Shown: piece by piece, positions 1 to 9,069 of the stretch
Layout of the letters: each line of letters starts with the position of its first letter
Position numbering within the stretch: the stretch's first letter is position 1
From: an uncultured Trueperaceae bacterium
Lineage (GTDB): Bacteria > Deinococcota > Deinococci > Deinococcales > Trueperaceae
Direction: 5' to 3'
Assembly (NCBI GenBank): GCA_963799485.1
Contig: CAWCXJ010000008.1
Span: 160,001 to 224,000 of the forward strand
Length of the DNA: 64,000 bases
Program-made: the position numbers and the translations under genes
The notes under the pieces: generated by a model
Told to the model about the DNA's origin: nothing
The model's database searches: none
The model's input: the letters and a program-made list of their open reading frames with translations, nothing else

Positions 1-1182
1 CGCCAGCGCACCCGAGGCCATCGGTGCCGCCTGTGAAGTGCCCGTCCAGGCAGCTAAACTCAGCTCTGGCGCTGGACCGAACACGCGCTCACCCGGCGCA
101 GCCAGTTCGACTTCTTTACCGTAGGTGGCAAAACCGGACTTGACGCCGGTCAGGTCAATACTCGTAACGCTCGTTCGTAAACGTCCAGGTCCACCGTTTG
201 CTCTGGAGGCAGGGAAAGTAACCTTTTTGTCACCCGTGTTGCCGCTCGAGGCTACGACGAATACACCTTGTTTATTAGCCCATTTGATGGCTTCCTCGAC
301 CGCTTTAATCTTCGCGTCGCTGCCGAGCGAGAGGTTGATCACGTCGGCGCCCTTGTCGGTAGCCCACTGAATAGCAGCTGTAAGGTCGTCTACGTCTCCT
401 TCACCGTCAGGGTCAAGCACCCGAATAGGCAAGATCGTAGCGCGCGGCGCGACCTGGCGGATGATGCCCGCTACGTTAGTGCCGTGTCCATAACCGTCCG
501 CGTTTAAGCTCCCCTCTTCTTGGGGAAGGTTGTCGTTGTCTACAAAGTCTTTCCATTCCGAAGCCGGTGCAAGGGCCTCTGCCAGTGCTGGGTGAGAAAG
601 GTCGATGCCGGTGTCGATCACCGCCACCTTGACGTTGTAGCCCAAGTTCTTGGCTAAAGCCTGGCCTTGCTCGAGGTGAACCTGTTTCCAGATCGCCGTA
701 TTTTCGGGCATCCAGAGGTACTGACCGTCCGACCAGAGTTCAGCCCCGCCCCCCGCCCAAGTACGTGACCTGCCGCCGGCCCAGGTACGCGACCTGCCAC
801 CGGCCCAAGTGCGCGAACGCCCGTTCATCCAGGCGACTTCCCCACCCGCCAAGAAGGCGTCCCGGCTCTCCTCGACGGTAAGGTCTGCCCACACGTCATC
901 ACCTGCGGCGTCCGCTTGAACGCTTAAAGTGCTCTCGAGTCCTACAACGGCGTATACCCCCGGCTGCCAAACGACGACCTCACCGCCATAACGCTGTGCG
1001 ATGTTCGCGCGTGTGTCGCCCGGTTCTAGCATTACAGTCAGCACGTAGTCGGGCCGCGACGTACTTGTGCGCGGGCCGACAGGTGCCGAAATCTGACAGC
1101 CGGTCATAAACAGTAAGAGTGTAGCCGCAAGAAGATAATAGTTCCTCCGACCGTAACGAAGACGTAAAAGATGAAGATCCAC
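1..1182 (-). CDS. S8 subtilisin-like serine peptidase, lipoprotein (3' end runs off the window; absent from ORF track)
   Basis: Manual translation from GTG 1182 (RBS AAAGGAG): MDLHLLRLRYGRRNYYLLAATLLLFMTGC (lipobox), catalytic Asp motif VKVAVIDTGID and His motif GYGHGTNVAGII. Confidence 0.9.
   Translation of the reverse strand, partial: MDLHLLRLRYGRRNYYLLAATLLLFMTGCQISAPVGPRTSTSRPDYVLTVMLEPGDTRANIAQRYGGEVVVWQPGVYAVVGLESTLSVQADAAGDDVWADLTVEESRDAFLAGGEVAWMNGRSRTWAGGRSRTWAGGRSRTWAGGGAELWSDGQYLWMPENTAIWKQVHLEQGQALAKNLGYNVKVAVIDTGIDLSHPALAEALAPASEWKDFVDNDNLPQEEGSLNADGYGHGTNVAGIIRQVAPRATILPIRVLDPDGEGDVDDLTAAIQWATDKGADVINLSLGSDAKIKAVEEAIKWANKQGVFVVASSGNTGDKKVTFPASRANGGPGRLRTSVTSIDLTGVKSGFATYGKEVELAAPGERVFGPAPELSLAAWTGTSQAAPMASGALA
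748..822 (-). repeat. Intragenic 24-bp tandem repeat encoding (GRSRTWAG)x3 in the S8 propeptide region
   Basis: Translation WMNGRSRTWAGGRSRTWAGGRSRTWAGGG with synonymous codon variation between units. Confidence 0.9.
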
Positions 1183-1238
1183 TCACTACTCCTTTGGTGG
1201 TTGCCAACGGGTGATATTCTGCTCCGCTGCCCAAAAAG

Positions 1239-1271
1239 AGTCTAGAACGCAGAATCTGACAAAATTCTTAC
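1239..1271 (-). promoter_or_regulatory. Predicted S8 peptidase promoter: GTAAG-N6-GTCAG-N11-TAGACT
   Basis: Direct repeat with 11-bp period followed by a -10-like hexamer; same layout at 1323-1355 and 9030-9062. Confidence 0.6.
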
Positions 1272-1322
1272 GCTTCAGCACTACTTCTGCGACCGTGCTA
1301 TGAGAACCGGTTTTACCGTTCT

Positions 1323-1355
1323 GTAAGAGTTTTGTCAGCGTGTCTCAGATAGTGT
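1323..1355 (+). promoter_or_regulatory. Predicted promoter of TPR/HD-GYP/GGDEF gene: GTAAG-N6-GTCAG-N11-TAGTGT
   Basis: 16-bp site is an inverted copy (1 mismatch) of 1256-1271; same spacing to the -10. Confidence 0.6.
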
Positions 1356-1357
1356 GC

Positions 1358-1386
1358 TGGTGCGGCTCACGTCTTGAGCCGCACCA
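1358..1386 (+). other. Perfect 12-bp stem hairpin at the predicted transcript 5' end
   Basis: TGGTGCGGCTCA-cgtct-TGAGCCGCACCA, no U-tract. Confidence 0.55.
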
Positions 1387-1476
1387 TTCCAAGTACCCAG
1401 GGGATTTCAATGCGGAGGTACAACATTTTTAGGCGCAAGCGCAGGTTGTTTCAACACGCCACTACGGGTCGCAATC

Positions 1477-3939
1477 ATGTTGGATAGTTTGTCAGATCTG
1501 GTGGCAGCGGAGACAGCCAGTGTAGCTATCTCGGATCTAACACTGAAACATCTGTTCGAGGCTGCTTTAGCGGCAGGTCGTACTTACCGTAAACTGGGTG
1601 ACTTCGAAGGAGCAGCTGAACAGTTTTCTGTCGCCCTTGCGTTGGCTAAACAGTTAAAGGATGCTGGAGCCGAGGCCGATACACTAAATCTACAAGCCGG
1701 TCTGTGGAGTACAACCGGAGACACACCACGGGCATTAGCAGCTTTGGAACGTGCGCTCGAACTGGTACAAGATTCCAGATTCGGGGACCGTCAAGCCAAT
1801 ATCTTGAACAATATGGGCACGTTACATACCGTACTAGGCAACTATCCACAAGCTCTAGAATATCTTAAAAGCGCACACGACCTCTTACGAACCGTCGCCC
1901 CACGGTCCCGGAGTTCGGCGAGCAATCTGACTAATCTGGGCAGCCTCTACCAGGAATTGGGTGACTCTTCCGAAGCAAAAAATTTTTTTACCCAGGCTGT
2001 CGAGGTTGCCCAAACTGCGGGTGAACCTTTGATGGCTGCAGCTGCCCTCAACAACCTCGCTTACACCCATGCTGATGCCGGGGAGTGGCTGTTAGCGAAA
2101 GGCTACTTTCAAAAGGCGCTGACGATCAGCCAAGATGTGGGGGCTAAAGAGTACGAAATTGATAATCTCGACGGCTTAGGACGGGTCTACGCCGCTTTGA
2201 AAGATGTCGACCACGCCAGAAGAATCCATGAGGCTGTTTTAGGTAAAGCTCGAGAGATTGGCTACCTAGAAGGTGAGGGTGACGCACTACTAAACTTAGG
2301 ACGAAACTATTTAGCTCAATGTCAACCCGTACAGGCGCTTGAGTTCTTGCGTCAGGGTCTCAAGATTGCCGAGCAGCTCGAACGCCCGGTTTCGGTGTAC
2401 GAAGCGCATGAGCTGCTCGCTCAGGCATATGAGGAAACTGGCGATTTTGCCAGGGCGCTTCACCATCAGCGGGCTTATCAAGAGACGGAAAAGGCGGTTT
2501 ACAACGAGGAGAACGAGCGCCAAGCCCGTAGACTGACCTTGCAGTTTGACCTCGAGCGGGCGCGCCGTGAAGCCGAAGATTACCGCCTCCGTAACGAAAT
2601 CACCCAACAAGCTCGGGAAGATGCCGAAGCGACGGTTCGTGAGCGCACCCGCGAACTTGAAGAGGCGCAGCTCGAGATCGTCACGCGTTTAGCGGTTGCC
2701 GCTGAGTACCGTGACGACAACACAGGCGAGCATACGAGGCGCGTCGGACGTAACGCTGCTGCGATTGCCCACGCCTTGGGTTGGCCCGAAGACAAGGTGC
2801 AGCTCTTGTTTACGGCTGCCAGGCTTCACGATGTCGGCAAAATCGCGATAAGCGACCTTATCCTGCACAAACCGGGGAAGCTGGAGCCCGAAGAAATTAC
2901 CCTGATGAAGACCCACGCCGTGATCGGCGCACGCATCTTGTCCGGGGGTCACTCGCCGCTTTTACAGATGGCTGAAGAAATCGCCCTTGCCCATCATGAA
3001 CGCTGGGACGGTAAGGGCTACCCTTTAGGACTTTCGGGCGACGCGATTCCGCTATCTGCTCGTATCGTGGCTGTAGCTGACGTCCTCGACGCCCTGACGC
3101 ACGAGCGTCCTTACAAAAGGCCGTGGCCGGTAGCGGAGGCGTTAGCTGAGATAGGTCGGCAGAGCGGACATCACTTCGACCCACGCGTCGTAAAGGCTTG
3201 CTTTATGACCTTCGGCCCGGGTCAGGCGCTTTCTCCTACCGATGATCCGGCAGACTGGCCGGATACAGCTCGGCGTCTAGCCAGAGTTCCGTCGTTCCTG
3301 TCTTTACCGTATCAAGCAGAGTTGGAAGCTGCAAACTCGGTAGAGCGGCTTAAAAAGCTTTTAGCAAAAGCGGTTCAAGAACTCGAGACAAGCCGGCGTG
3401 AAGCGAAAGCGGCGTCTTTGCAGATGCATGAAATGGCGTTCACTGACCCTTTGACCGGACTCTATAATCGCCGGGCTTTTGAAGCAGACCTCGAGACCGA
3501 GGCGGCGCGTGTGCTGCATTACGGCGACCGTCTAAGTGTTCTCAACCTCGACCTAGATATGCTCAAACAGGTCAACGACGCTGAAGGCCACAAGCGCGGC
3601 GACGCGCTGTTATGCAGCTTCGCCAAGGCTGCTAGTGAACATTTGCGGGAGTGGGGCAGGCTTTACCGGGTCGGCGGTGATGAGTTTGCAGCTATCCTTG
3701 TACACACGGGAATACCACATTTTGAGGTAGTTCGTACCCGACTAGATCAGGCGGTAGCTGAGCTTAGAAAAACAGACTTTCCACAAGCGAGTGTCAGCAT
3801 GGGTATCGTCGCATTTCCCGAAGAGGTCTCTACAACTGGAGACCTGATACGTCTCGGTGACCAACGTATGTACAACGACAAGCTAAAAAGGCGCGAGTTA
3901 CGGTCTCGGTTGCACCCTTCTAAGCAAGGTGCTGAGTAG
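1477..3939 (+). CDS. TPR-repeat / HD-GYP phosphodiesterase / GGDEF diguanylate cyclase fusion
   Basis: TPR repeats ([16 protein letters not shown]), LHDVGK and [11 protein letters not shown], then [11 protein letters not shown] and YRVGGDEF. Confidence 0.93.
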   Translation: MLDSLSDLVAAETASVAISDLTLKHLFEAALAAGRTYRKLGDFEGAAEQFSVALALAKQLKDAGAEADTLNLQAGLWSTTGDTPRALAALERALELVQDSRFGDRQANILNNMGTLHTVLGNYPQALEYLKSAHDLLRTVAPRSRSSASNLTNLGSLYQELGDSSEAKNFFTQAVEVAQTAGEPLMAAAALNNLAYTHADAGEWLLAKGYFQKALTISQDVGAKEYEIDNLDGLGRVYAALKDVDHARRIHEAVLGKAREIGYLEGEGDALLNLGRNYLAQCQPVQALEFLRQGLKIAEQLERPVSVYEAHELLAQAYEETGDFARALHHQRAYQETEKAVYNEENERQARRLTLQFDLERARREAEDYRLRNEITQQAREDAEATVRERTRELEEAQLEIVTRLAVAAEYRDDNTGEHTRRVGRNAAAIAHALGWPEDKVQLLFTAARLHDVGKIAISDLILHKPGKLEPEEITLMKTHAVIGARILSGGHSPLLQMAEEIALAHHERWDGKGYPLGLSGDAIPLSARIVAVADVLDALTHERPYKRPWPVAEALAEIGRQSGHHFDPRVVKACFMTFGPGQALSPTDDPADWPDTARRLARVPSFLSLPYQAELEAANSVERLKKLLAKAVQELETSRREAKAASLQMHEMAFTDPLTGLYNRRAFEADLETEAARVLHYGDRLSVLNLDLDMLKQVNDAEGHKRGDALLCSFAKAASEHLREWGRLYRVGGDEFAAILVHTGIPHFEVVRTRLDQAVAELRKTDFPQASVSMGIVAFPEEVSTTGDLIRLGDQRMYNDKLKRRELRSRLHPSKQGAE

Positions 3940-4214
3940 TGCTCATGCTTACAAGAGCGTTATGGAACAGCATTTCCAAGAGGGGTTGCACCAAATATTG
4001 TCGTAGAATGTACGTGCTGGTCAGTGAAATCTAAACGGAGAGCGTTGCTGACCAGATGATACCTGGCTAGAATATGCAACCTGACAAGCGTGAAGACCCT
4101 CTAGCGAAAGATTTTCAAAGATGCAAAGAGCAGCCCCGCTACCGGGTGGTGTGATTTACTGCTTGGCTACTGCTAAAAGGCTCTAATCTACTGTTCTTGC
4201 GTCGCATTGCGGTG

Positions 4215-4390
4215 GAAAAGCAAGAAGGCGCTGTTCGCCCGCTGCTCTTCAAACGTATACACGTCCAGAGTGAATGAGGCTCGAGCGTGCGCTAAGCGGT
4301 CGGCTGACACCTTGGAGCCTGATCGCCTTAACGTAGTAGATAGGGTGCCGGAAGCCGTGAAGGCAAGTCCATATCATCAGGCCGCTCGAG
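4215..4390 (-). pseudogene. Relic of a tyrosine recombinase (phage integrase) C-terminus
   Basis: Minus strand reads LHGFRH (HxxR box), a frameshift, then KVSADRLAHARASFTLDVYT-FEEQRANSA (box II LGH...Y-like). Confidence 0.75.
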
Positions 4391-4427
4391 CCGTTTTTAG
4401 CAGCGCCCGTGCTAGACTGGCCTGCTT

Positions 4428-5267
4428 ATGAGAGTCGGCTTTATTACCCAACTACTGTGGTCTCGCTACGGCAATTTTTGGACAAAACTCGTTTCGGGCA
4501 CCGGTCTGGAACCCGTATACGCCGACGACGACGCGGTGCGGCGCGCACTTGCCGATACGCGCCTCGAGGCCGTCCCCGGTAGCGCCTTCCGACTTGCGGC
4601 GGCGCAGGCGCTTGCCCTAAACGCCGAGGTGATCTTGGCCCCTGAACTAAACCCCGGCGAGAGCGCGACCCGTGGCGGCGGGCAAGACGCCTTTATCGCC
4701 GACTTTCCGGACGCGCTGCGGGCGACGCTGGGCGGCCTGCCGCCGGTTATCGGGGTTCCGGCGTCGCTGGCAGGCGAAGGGCTGGAATCTCTGGTTGTCA
4801 GTACGCTCCTCAAGCTGACCCACGATCCCGGTCTGGTACGGCGCGTGTGGGAGCGTCACCGCACGCAGGTGAAAACGCCCCGCCTCCCGGAACCCCGCTG
4901 GCGGGTGCGCCCCTCAGAAGGTGGTACTGTCGGCGTGATCGGTCAGCCGTGGCTGCTGAGTGACGCTCTGGTAAAGCGCGTCGCCGGGGAGAGTCACTTC
5001 GTGTCACAACATCAGCTCGAGCCCACGCCCCTGCGTGCAGAGGGCCGCCGCGTCGCTGAACGGCTGGTGAGTACCGACCTCGAGGTGCTGGGTGCGGCGC
5101 GCTTTTTGGGGCGTAAAGGCAGTGTCGAACGCCTCGTAGTGGTCGCCGACGAAACGGTCGCCGCAGACGCGTTTCTCGTCGCGCAGGTGCAGAAAATCGT
5201 TTACAAACCGCTCTCGGTCGCCTATGTGCAGCGCCTCGGTGCGCCCGAAGTCCTCAGGCGGCCCTAG
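4428..5267 (+). CDS. Conserved hypothetical protein (possibly distantly related to acyl-CoA dehydratase/DUF2229 proteins)
   Basis: 279-aa ORF with host-like codon usage; TAGACT -10 just upstream; family call is weak. Confidence 0.65.
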   Translation: MRVGFITQLLWSRYGNFWTKLVSGTGLEPVYADDDAVRRALADTRLEAVPGSAFRLAAAQALALNAEVILAPELNPGESATRGGGQDAFIADFPDALRATLGGLPPVIGVPASLAGEGLESLVVSTLLKLTHDPGLVRRVWERHRTQVKTPRLPEPRWRVRPSEGGTVGVIGQPWLLSDALVKRVAGESHFVSQHQLEPTPLRAEGRRVAERLVSTDLEVLGAARFLGRKGSVERLVVVADETVAADAFLVAQVQKIVYKPLSVAYVQRLGAPEVLRRP

Positions 5268-5593
5268 TGCCGTTGCTGGCGTTTCTGGCAACTTTTGCCT
5301 ACGCGCTGATCAACGCCTTTGGGGCGTGGCTGGTGAGCCGCCGGAAACCGTGGCTTGCGGGTCTATTTATGCTCTCTGCCGTCATTTTAGTCATCGCTGC
5401 CGCCGCGTTTATCGCGAGCATCCCCTATACCCGCGTCATTCTGGTGGTCGGGCTGGTAGCGGCGTCGGTGTCGTCTTATCTAAACGCAGAGATTGTCATC
5501 GGGCGGGTTGTCTGGCGTAATCACGTGCTCCGCGCACTTGCCGCGTTCGGGATTTACCTGCTCGGTGAGCTGGCGGTGCGCTATCCGTTTTAA
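5267..5593 (+). CDS. Small membrane protein (about 4 TM helices)
   Basis: Hydrophobic 108-aa ORF; GTG overlaps the upstream TAG. Confidence 0.8.
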   Translation: MPLLAFLATFAYALINAFGAWLVSRRKPWLAGLFMLSAVILVIAAAAFIASIPYTRVILVVGLVAASVSSYLNAEIVIGRVVWRNHVLRALAAFGIYLLGELAVRYPF

Positions 5594-5609
5594 CGCCTTG
5601 CGTTAGCCT

Positions 5610-5846
5610 CTACTCACCGAAAAGTTTTTTGAGCGCGTCCTCTTTGTTGGTTTTCGTTACGGCGAAATAGCGTTCGTTATCGACCTCGAGCTGTCCACGC
5701 GCTACGAGTTTATCGAGCGCGTCGCCGATAACCTTGACCGACAGCTCCTCAAAGTGGTGCTCATCTATGTAGCGCTGCACTTCACGCAAGGACGAGCCGT
5801 GCGGGGTGGCGCGGACTGCCTCTAGAACCCAGTCATTGACGTTCAT
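5610..5846 (-). CDS. Small hypothetical protein, possibly winged-helix fold
   Basis: 78 aa; TATACT 6 nt before ATG (leaderless); helix-helix-strand pattern (SLREVQRY...LDKLVARGQLEV). Confidence 0.75.
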   Translation of the reverse strand: MNVNDWVLEAVRATPHGSSLREVQRYIDEHHFEELSVKVIGDALDKLVARGQLEVDNERYFAVTKTNKEDALKKLFGE

Positions 5847-6115
5847 GGGGTTAGTATATGACTCGCTAGTAGATAGCTTTCAATCATGTGTACTCCCAGA
5901 CTGTCGGTTTAACGTGCCTTCAGAAATGTTTACTAATGTGACTAACATGAGTAAAAAGAGAAAAAAGATTAAGAACCAATTAAAAACATTAGTTGCATAA
6001 TAGGATTAAAATCCTTTATACTTACAGAGCATTAAAATTCCCTTCGATTAAGGAGTACAATTCGCAATTCGGCATACACCTTTAGTTATAAGGCTATAGG
6101 CGAGGGGAGTTAAAT

Positions 6116-6232
6116 GTCAAGAAACACGCTGGGTCAAGAAACACGCTGGGTCAAGAAACACGCTGGGTCAAGAAACACGCTGGGTCAAGAAACACGCTGG
6201 GTCAAGAAACACGCTGGGTCAAGAAACACGCT
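6116..6232 (+). repeat. 17-bp tandem repeat GTCAAGAAACACGCTGG, 6 perfect copies plus a 15-bp partial copy
   Basis: Units start at 6116, 6133, 6150, 6167, 6184, 6201 and 6218; no spacers. Confidence 0.98.
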
Positions 6233-6250
6233 AAGACTGTTCTAATCGGA

Positions 6251-7285
6251 ATGCTCTTAGCTATAACGTTGGCTGCTTGCGGAAAAGTAGCGAGTCCAAA
6301 CGAAGCTGTCTCTGCCTCTCCAACAACCAGTGCCGGTTTTATCCCGCAGTACATGCCGGATGCAGAGTTTGCTGTCGCCTCAGAGCTTTCTTCCCAGAGC
6401 TTAGATGCAGCAGAAACACGCATAGACCTCATGGTTGCGCGCAAACACACCTTCAGTAACGGTCAAACCTTTGAATACACTACAATTGGAAATTCGGTTG
6501 TGGACGCCGACGTGATATTCGGTACGACAGAGGAACTCGAAGGAGCTTTCCAGAAGTACGAAGCTTATCTTGCAGAGGGGAACCCCCCGTTGACGCCGCA
6601 AGGTGCCATGTACGACCCCTACTGTGATGTTAGAGTTGTCTTTTGTTTTGTCACGGCTGGGAAAAAATGGGCAACAAACGGGACAACAAATGTTGTCTAC
6701 TTTGACCCACGAACACTCGACCAGTTCACTACAGCGCAGCGGACTCTTATAAGAGATGCCATGCAGCACATAACAGATAAAACGAACGTCGGGTTTCAAG
6801 CTTCTTACGGTGTGGGCAACAGGATTGAGTTTAAGAAAGCAGATGAAGGATGCCACAGCCGCGCAGGGATGGTTGGCGGAGCCCAAACATTAAATCTACA
6901 AGTTCCGAAAGCAAGTAATAATTATGGTTCCTGTTTTGTTAATTCTGACCGCTCGGCAGGTTTCGGCACAATTGCCCACGAACTCGGGCACGCTATGGGA
7001 CTGATGCACGAACACTCACGTACCGACCGTGACAGCAAGATTGATGTTTTGGTCAACAACCTTACGCCAAAAGGCTTAGACATCATGTCTCAGAAGTACG
7101 CACACCAGACGAGAACAGTCTACGACTACGCCTCAATTATGCACTATGAGAGAATTACATCTGACCCATCGTTTGTCAAATGGTCGGGGCTTACCATTTT
7201 TACTACGAAAGGCTACGGTGGGCGTGTCGGTAACAACAGGCTAACTTCTCTTGATGTTCAGGCCATCAATCAACGTTACCCATAA
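6251..7285 (+). CDS. Astacin-family (M12A) zinc metallopeptidase lipoprotein; natural start probably ATG 6114, currently out of frame
   Basis: HELGHAMGLMHEHSRTDRD zinc motif, YDYASIMHY Met-turn, lipobox LAAC; n-region KKHAK lies upstream of 6251 in the same frame. Confidence 0.9.
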   Translation: MLLAITLAACGKVASPNEAVSASPTTSAGFIPQYMPDAEFAVASELSSQSLDAAETRIDLMVARKHTFSNGQTFEYTTIGNSVVDADVIFGTTEELEGAFQKYEAYLAEGNPPLTPQGAMYDPYCDVRVVFCFVTAGKKWATNGTTNVVYFDPRTLDQFTTAQRTLIRDAMQHITDKTNVGFQASYGVGNRIEFKKADEGCHSRAGMVGGAQTLNLQVPKASNNYGSCFVNSDRSAGFGTIAHELGHAMGLMHEHSRTDRDSKIDVLVNNLTPKGLDIMSQKYAHQTRTVYDYASIMHYERITSDPSFVKWSGLTIFTTKGYGGRVGNNRLTSLDVQAINQRYP

Positions 7286-7295
7286 GGGAGCTTTT

Positions 7296-7866
7296 ATGTA
7301 CAGAACTCTGCTTTTACTCATCCTGGTTACGGTAAGCATCTCCGGTTGCAGAAATGCCTCAAGGCGCGACGAAGTAGATTTCCCAAGGACTCACCCTGCA
7401 GCAATTTATGAAAAACGCAGCTTCCAAAGACTATCTTTACGCGCAAGCTGTTATAGCTTCCGGTCTGATTGACGACTTGGGAGAAAAAGACTTTCCTCTT
7501 ACGCTGATAGATGTTTACGAAGAAAAGGCACTCAAGACCTACATTGCGGAACAGGGGTTGACCGAAGAGGAATTTCTAGCCCACCCGAAGCTGCGCGGCT
7601 TCCTGGAGCAGCACCTCATTCCAGGCTATGTTGACCTCATCAAGATTCGTAGTACGCCAAATGGTCGTTTTGTCTACACCTCGGCTGCCGGTTCCGAAAT
7701 CGTCTTTACCACCGGAGAAGACCTTACACAAACGCCTGATAATCTCAACGTTGCCGAAGCTAATGGTGTTCCCTTCAATCCATACTGTTCTGGAGAAGGT
7801 GAAGAGGGTGGACAGCTTTGCTACGCTGTCGCGCCCATTGTTCAGGATTTCGACTGGTCACGATAG
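7296..7866 (+). pseudogene. Fasciclin (FAS1)-like lipoprotein split by a frameshift near 7378-7390
   Basis: RBS AAGGGAG and MYRTLLLLILVTVSISGC in one frame; GLTLQQFMKN...LRGFLEQHLIPG (FAS1-like) in the next frame (ORF 7408-7866). Confidence 0.65.
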
Positions 7867-7889
7867 TTTTCTAACGTGAGTTTTAGGGA

Positions 7890-7925
7890 AGGCTCGAGGC
7901 TCCGGCGGTCTCGAGCCTCTTTTTT
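7890..7925 (+). terminator. Rho-independent terminator with CTCGAG in both arms
   Basis: AGGCTCGAG...CTCGAGCCT followed by a T-run, between convergent genes. Confidence 0.75.
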
Positions 7926-8919
7926 ACCTCGAGACCGACCCCGGGCCCCCCTTGCCCGATTTGTGGTAGACCTCTTGCGTCCCGCCTGAGAGTTCCCCCC
8001 ACGTCACCTGTTCGTCCAGGGTTATCACCTTCACCGGGCATGAGGCCACGCACGCGTTACAACCGTTGCAGCGGTCAGGATGAAGCTTCAAGACGCCGCC
8101 GCCGCCGTCTTTGACGGGCGTTAGTTCACGCTCAAAGGCGTCGGTCGGGCAGACATTGGTGCAAACCGGGCACATGATGCAGCCCTCGTGAACGCGCGGC
8201 AAAATCCACGGCACCTGCGTTTCGGGTTCCGGTTTTGCGGCGCGGATGGTTAACAGCCGACGCTCGAGTTCTATCGGCACGCCTTTGGCCTCGGCTTCGG
8301 TCTCACCGAAAATCTCTAGCGGCGCGAGCAGGTCGGCAGAAAACCGCTGTGTGCCGCGCACCCCGCCGCGTAAGAGCTCGCGGCGGCTGAGCGTGTCGGG
8401 GTTGTCGGTGGTGTCATAACGCGTTTCTTGCAGCACTTCGGTCAAAAGGGTGCGCCCGCGTACTTGGGCGAGGGCTCGAGCCTTCCCCAGCAGCGCGTCG
8501 ACCCGTTCCGGAACCTCGGCGCTACCGATTTTGCAGTCCTTACAGTCGTTTCTGACCATCGTCACCTTGTCTTTACGGCTCGCCAAACGCAGTACGTCGG
8601 TGGCTTGCAGCCGGGTTAGGCACTGCACACTCTGCGCCGAACCGCGCACCTGCGAACACTTGACCGGTGCGCCGGGTTGAAAAACCGGACTGCTCCTAAG
8701 TGCCTGCGACGGGCACGCCTGCACGCAGAGCCCGCAACCGGTACAGTCGATCTCGTCGATTTCGACCTGCCGGGTGATGGTGATAGCCTGATGCGGGCAG
8801 ACGTCTTTACAGACCGAGCAGCCGCCGACCGTGCGGGTGACGACCAAACAGTGTTCCGGCGTATAGGTAGGCTGGATATTGGTCGCCTTGACGATGAAGT
8901 TGAGCAGTTTATCGAACAC
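7924..8919 (-). CDS. 4Fe-4S polyferredoxin-type protein
   Basis: Multiple CxxCxxCxxxCP motifs (CTGCGLCVQACP, CIMCPVCTNVCP, CNGCNACVASCP). Confidence 0.88.
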   Translation of the reverse strand: MFDKLLNFIVKATNIQPTYTPEHCLVVTRTVGGCSVCKDVCPHQAITITRQVEIDEIDCTGCGLCVQACPSQALRSSPVFQPGAPVKCSQVRGSAQSVQCLTRLQATDVLRLASRKDKVTMVRNDCKDCKIGSAEVPERVDALLGKARALAQVRGRTLLTEVLQETRYDTTDNPDTLSRRELLRGGVRGTQRFSADLLAPLEIFGETEAEAKGVPIELERRLLTIRAAKPEPETQVPWILPRVHEGCIMCPVCTNVCPTDAFERELTPVKDGGGGVLKLHPDRCNGCNACVASCPVKVITLDEQVTWGELSGGTQEVYHKSGKGGPGSVSR

Positions 8920-9029
8920 TCTCTACAGTTTAGCTGAGTTGTGCCCCGCGGTTGTGTTTAGCTGAAACCTGTGCGTAACGACGCGTGAAATCATGGCAGA
9001 TCATCGGCGTATTCTTTCAGCCAAGGGTT

Positions 9030-9062
9030 GTTAGCTTTTTGTAAGACTTCATCTTCTATACT
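9030..9062 (+). promoter_or_regulatory. Predicted leaderless promoter of the GGDEF gene: GTTAG-N6-GTAAG-N11-TATACT
   Basis: Same architecture as 1239-1271 and 1323-1355; GTG start 7 nt after the -10. Confidence 0.6.
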
Positions 9063-9069
9063 GTGAGCT

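Noticed and set aside
125..1234. ORF-track ORFs 125-370, 268-507 and 980-1234
   Set aside because: Shadow frames of the minus-strand S8 peptidase.
4207..4431. 74-aa plus-strand ORF
   Set aside because: Antisense to the integrase relic; no RBS or recognisable motif.
6116..6232. CRISPR array
   Set aside because: Units are 17 bp and directly adjacent with no spacers; no cas genes in the window.
8365..8400. Internal SRRELL twin-arginine-like motif in the polyferredoxin
   Set aside because: Lies mid-protein with no following hydrophobic region, so it is not an export signal.
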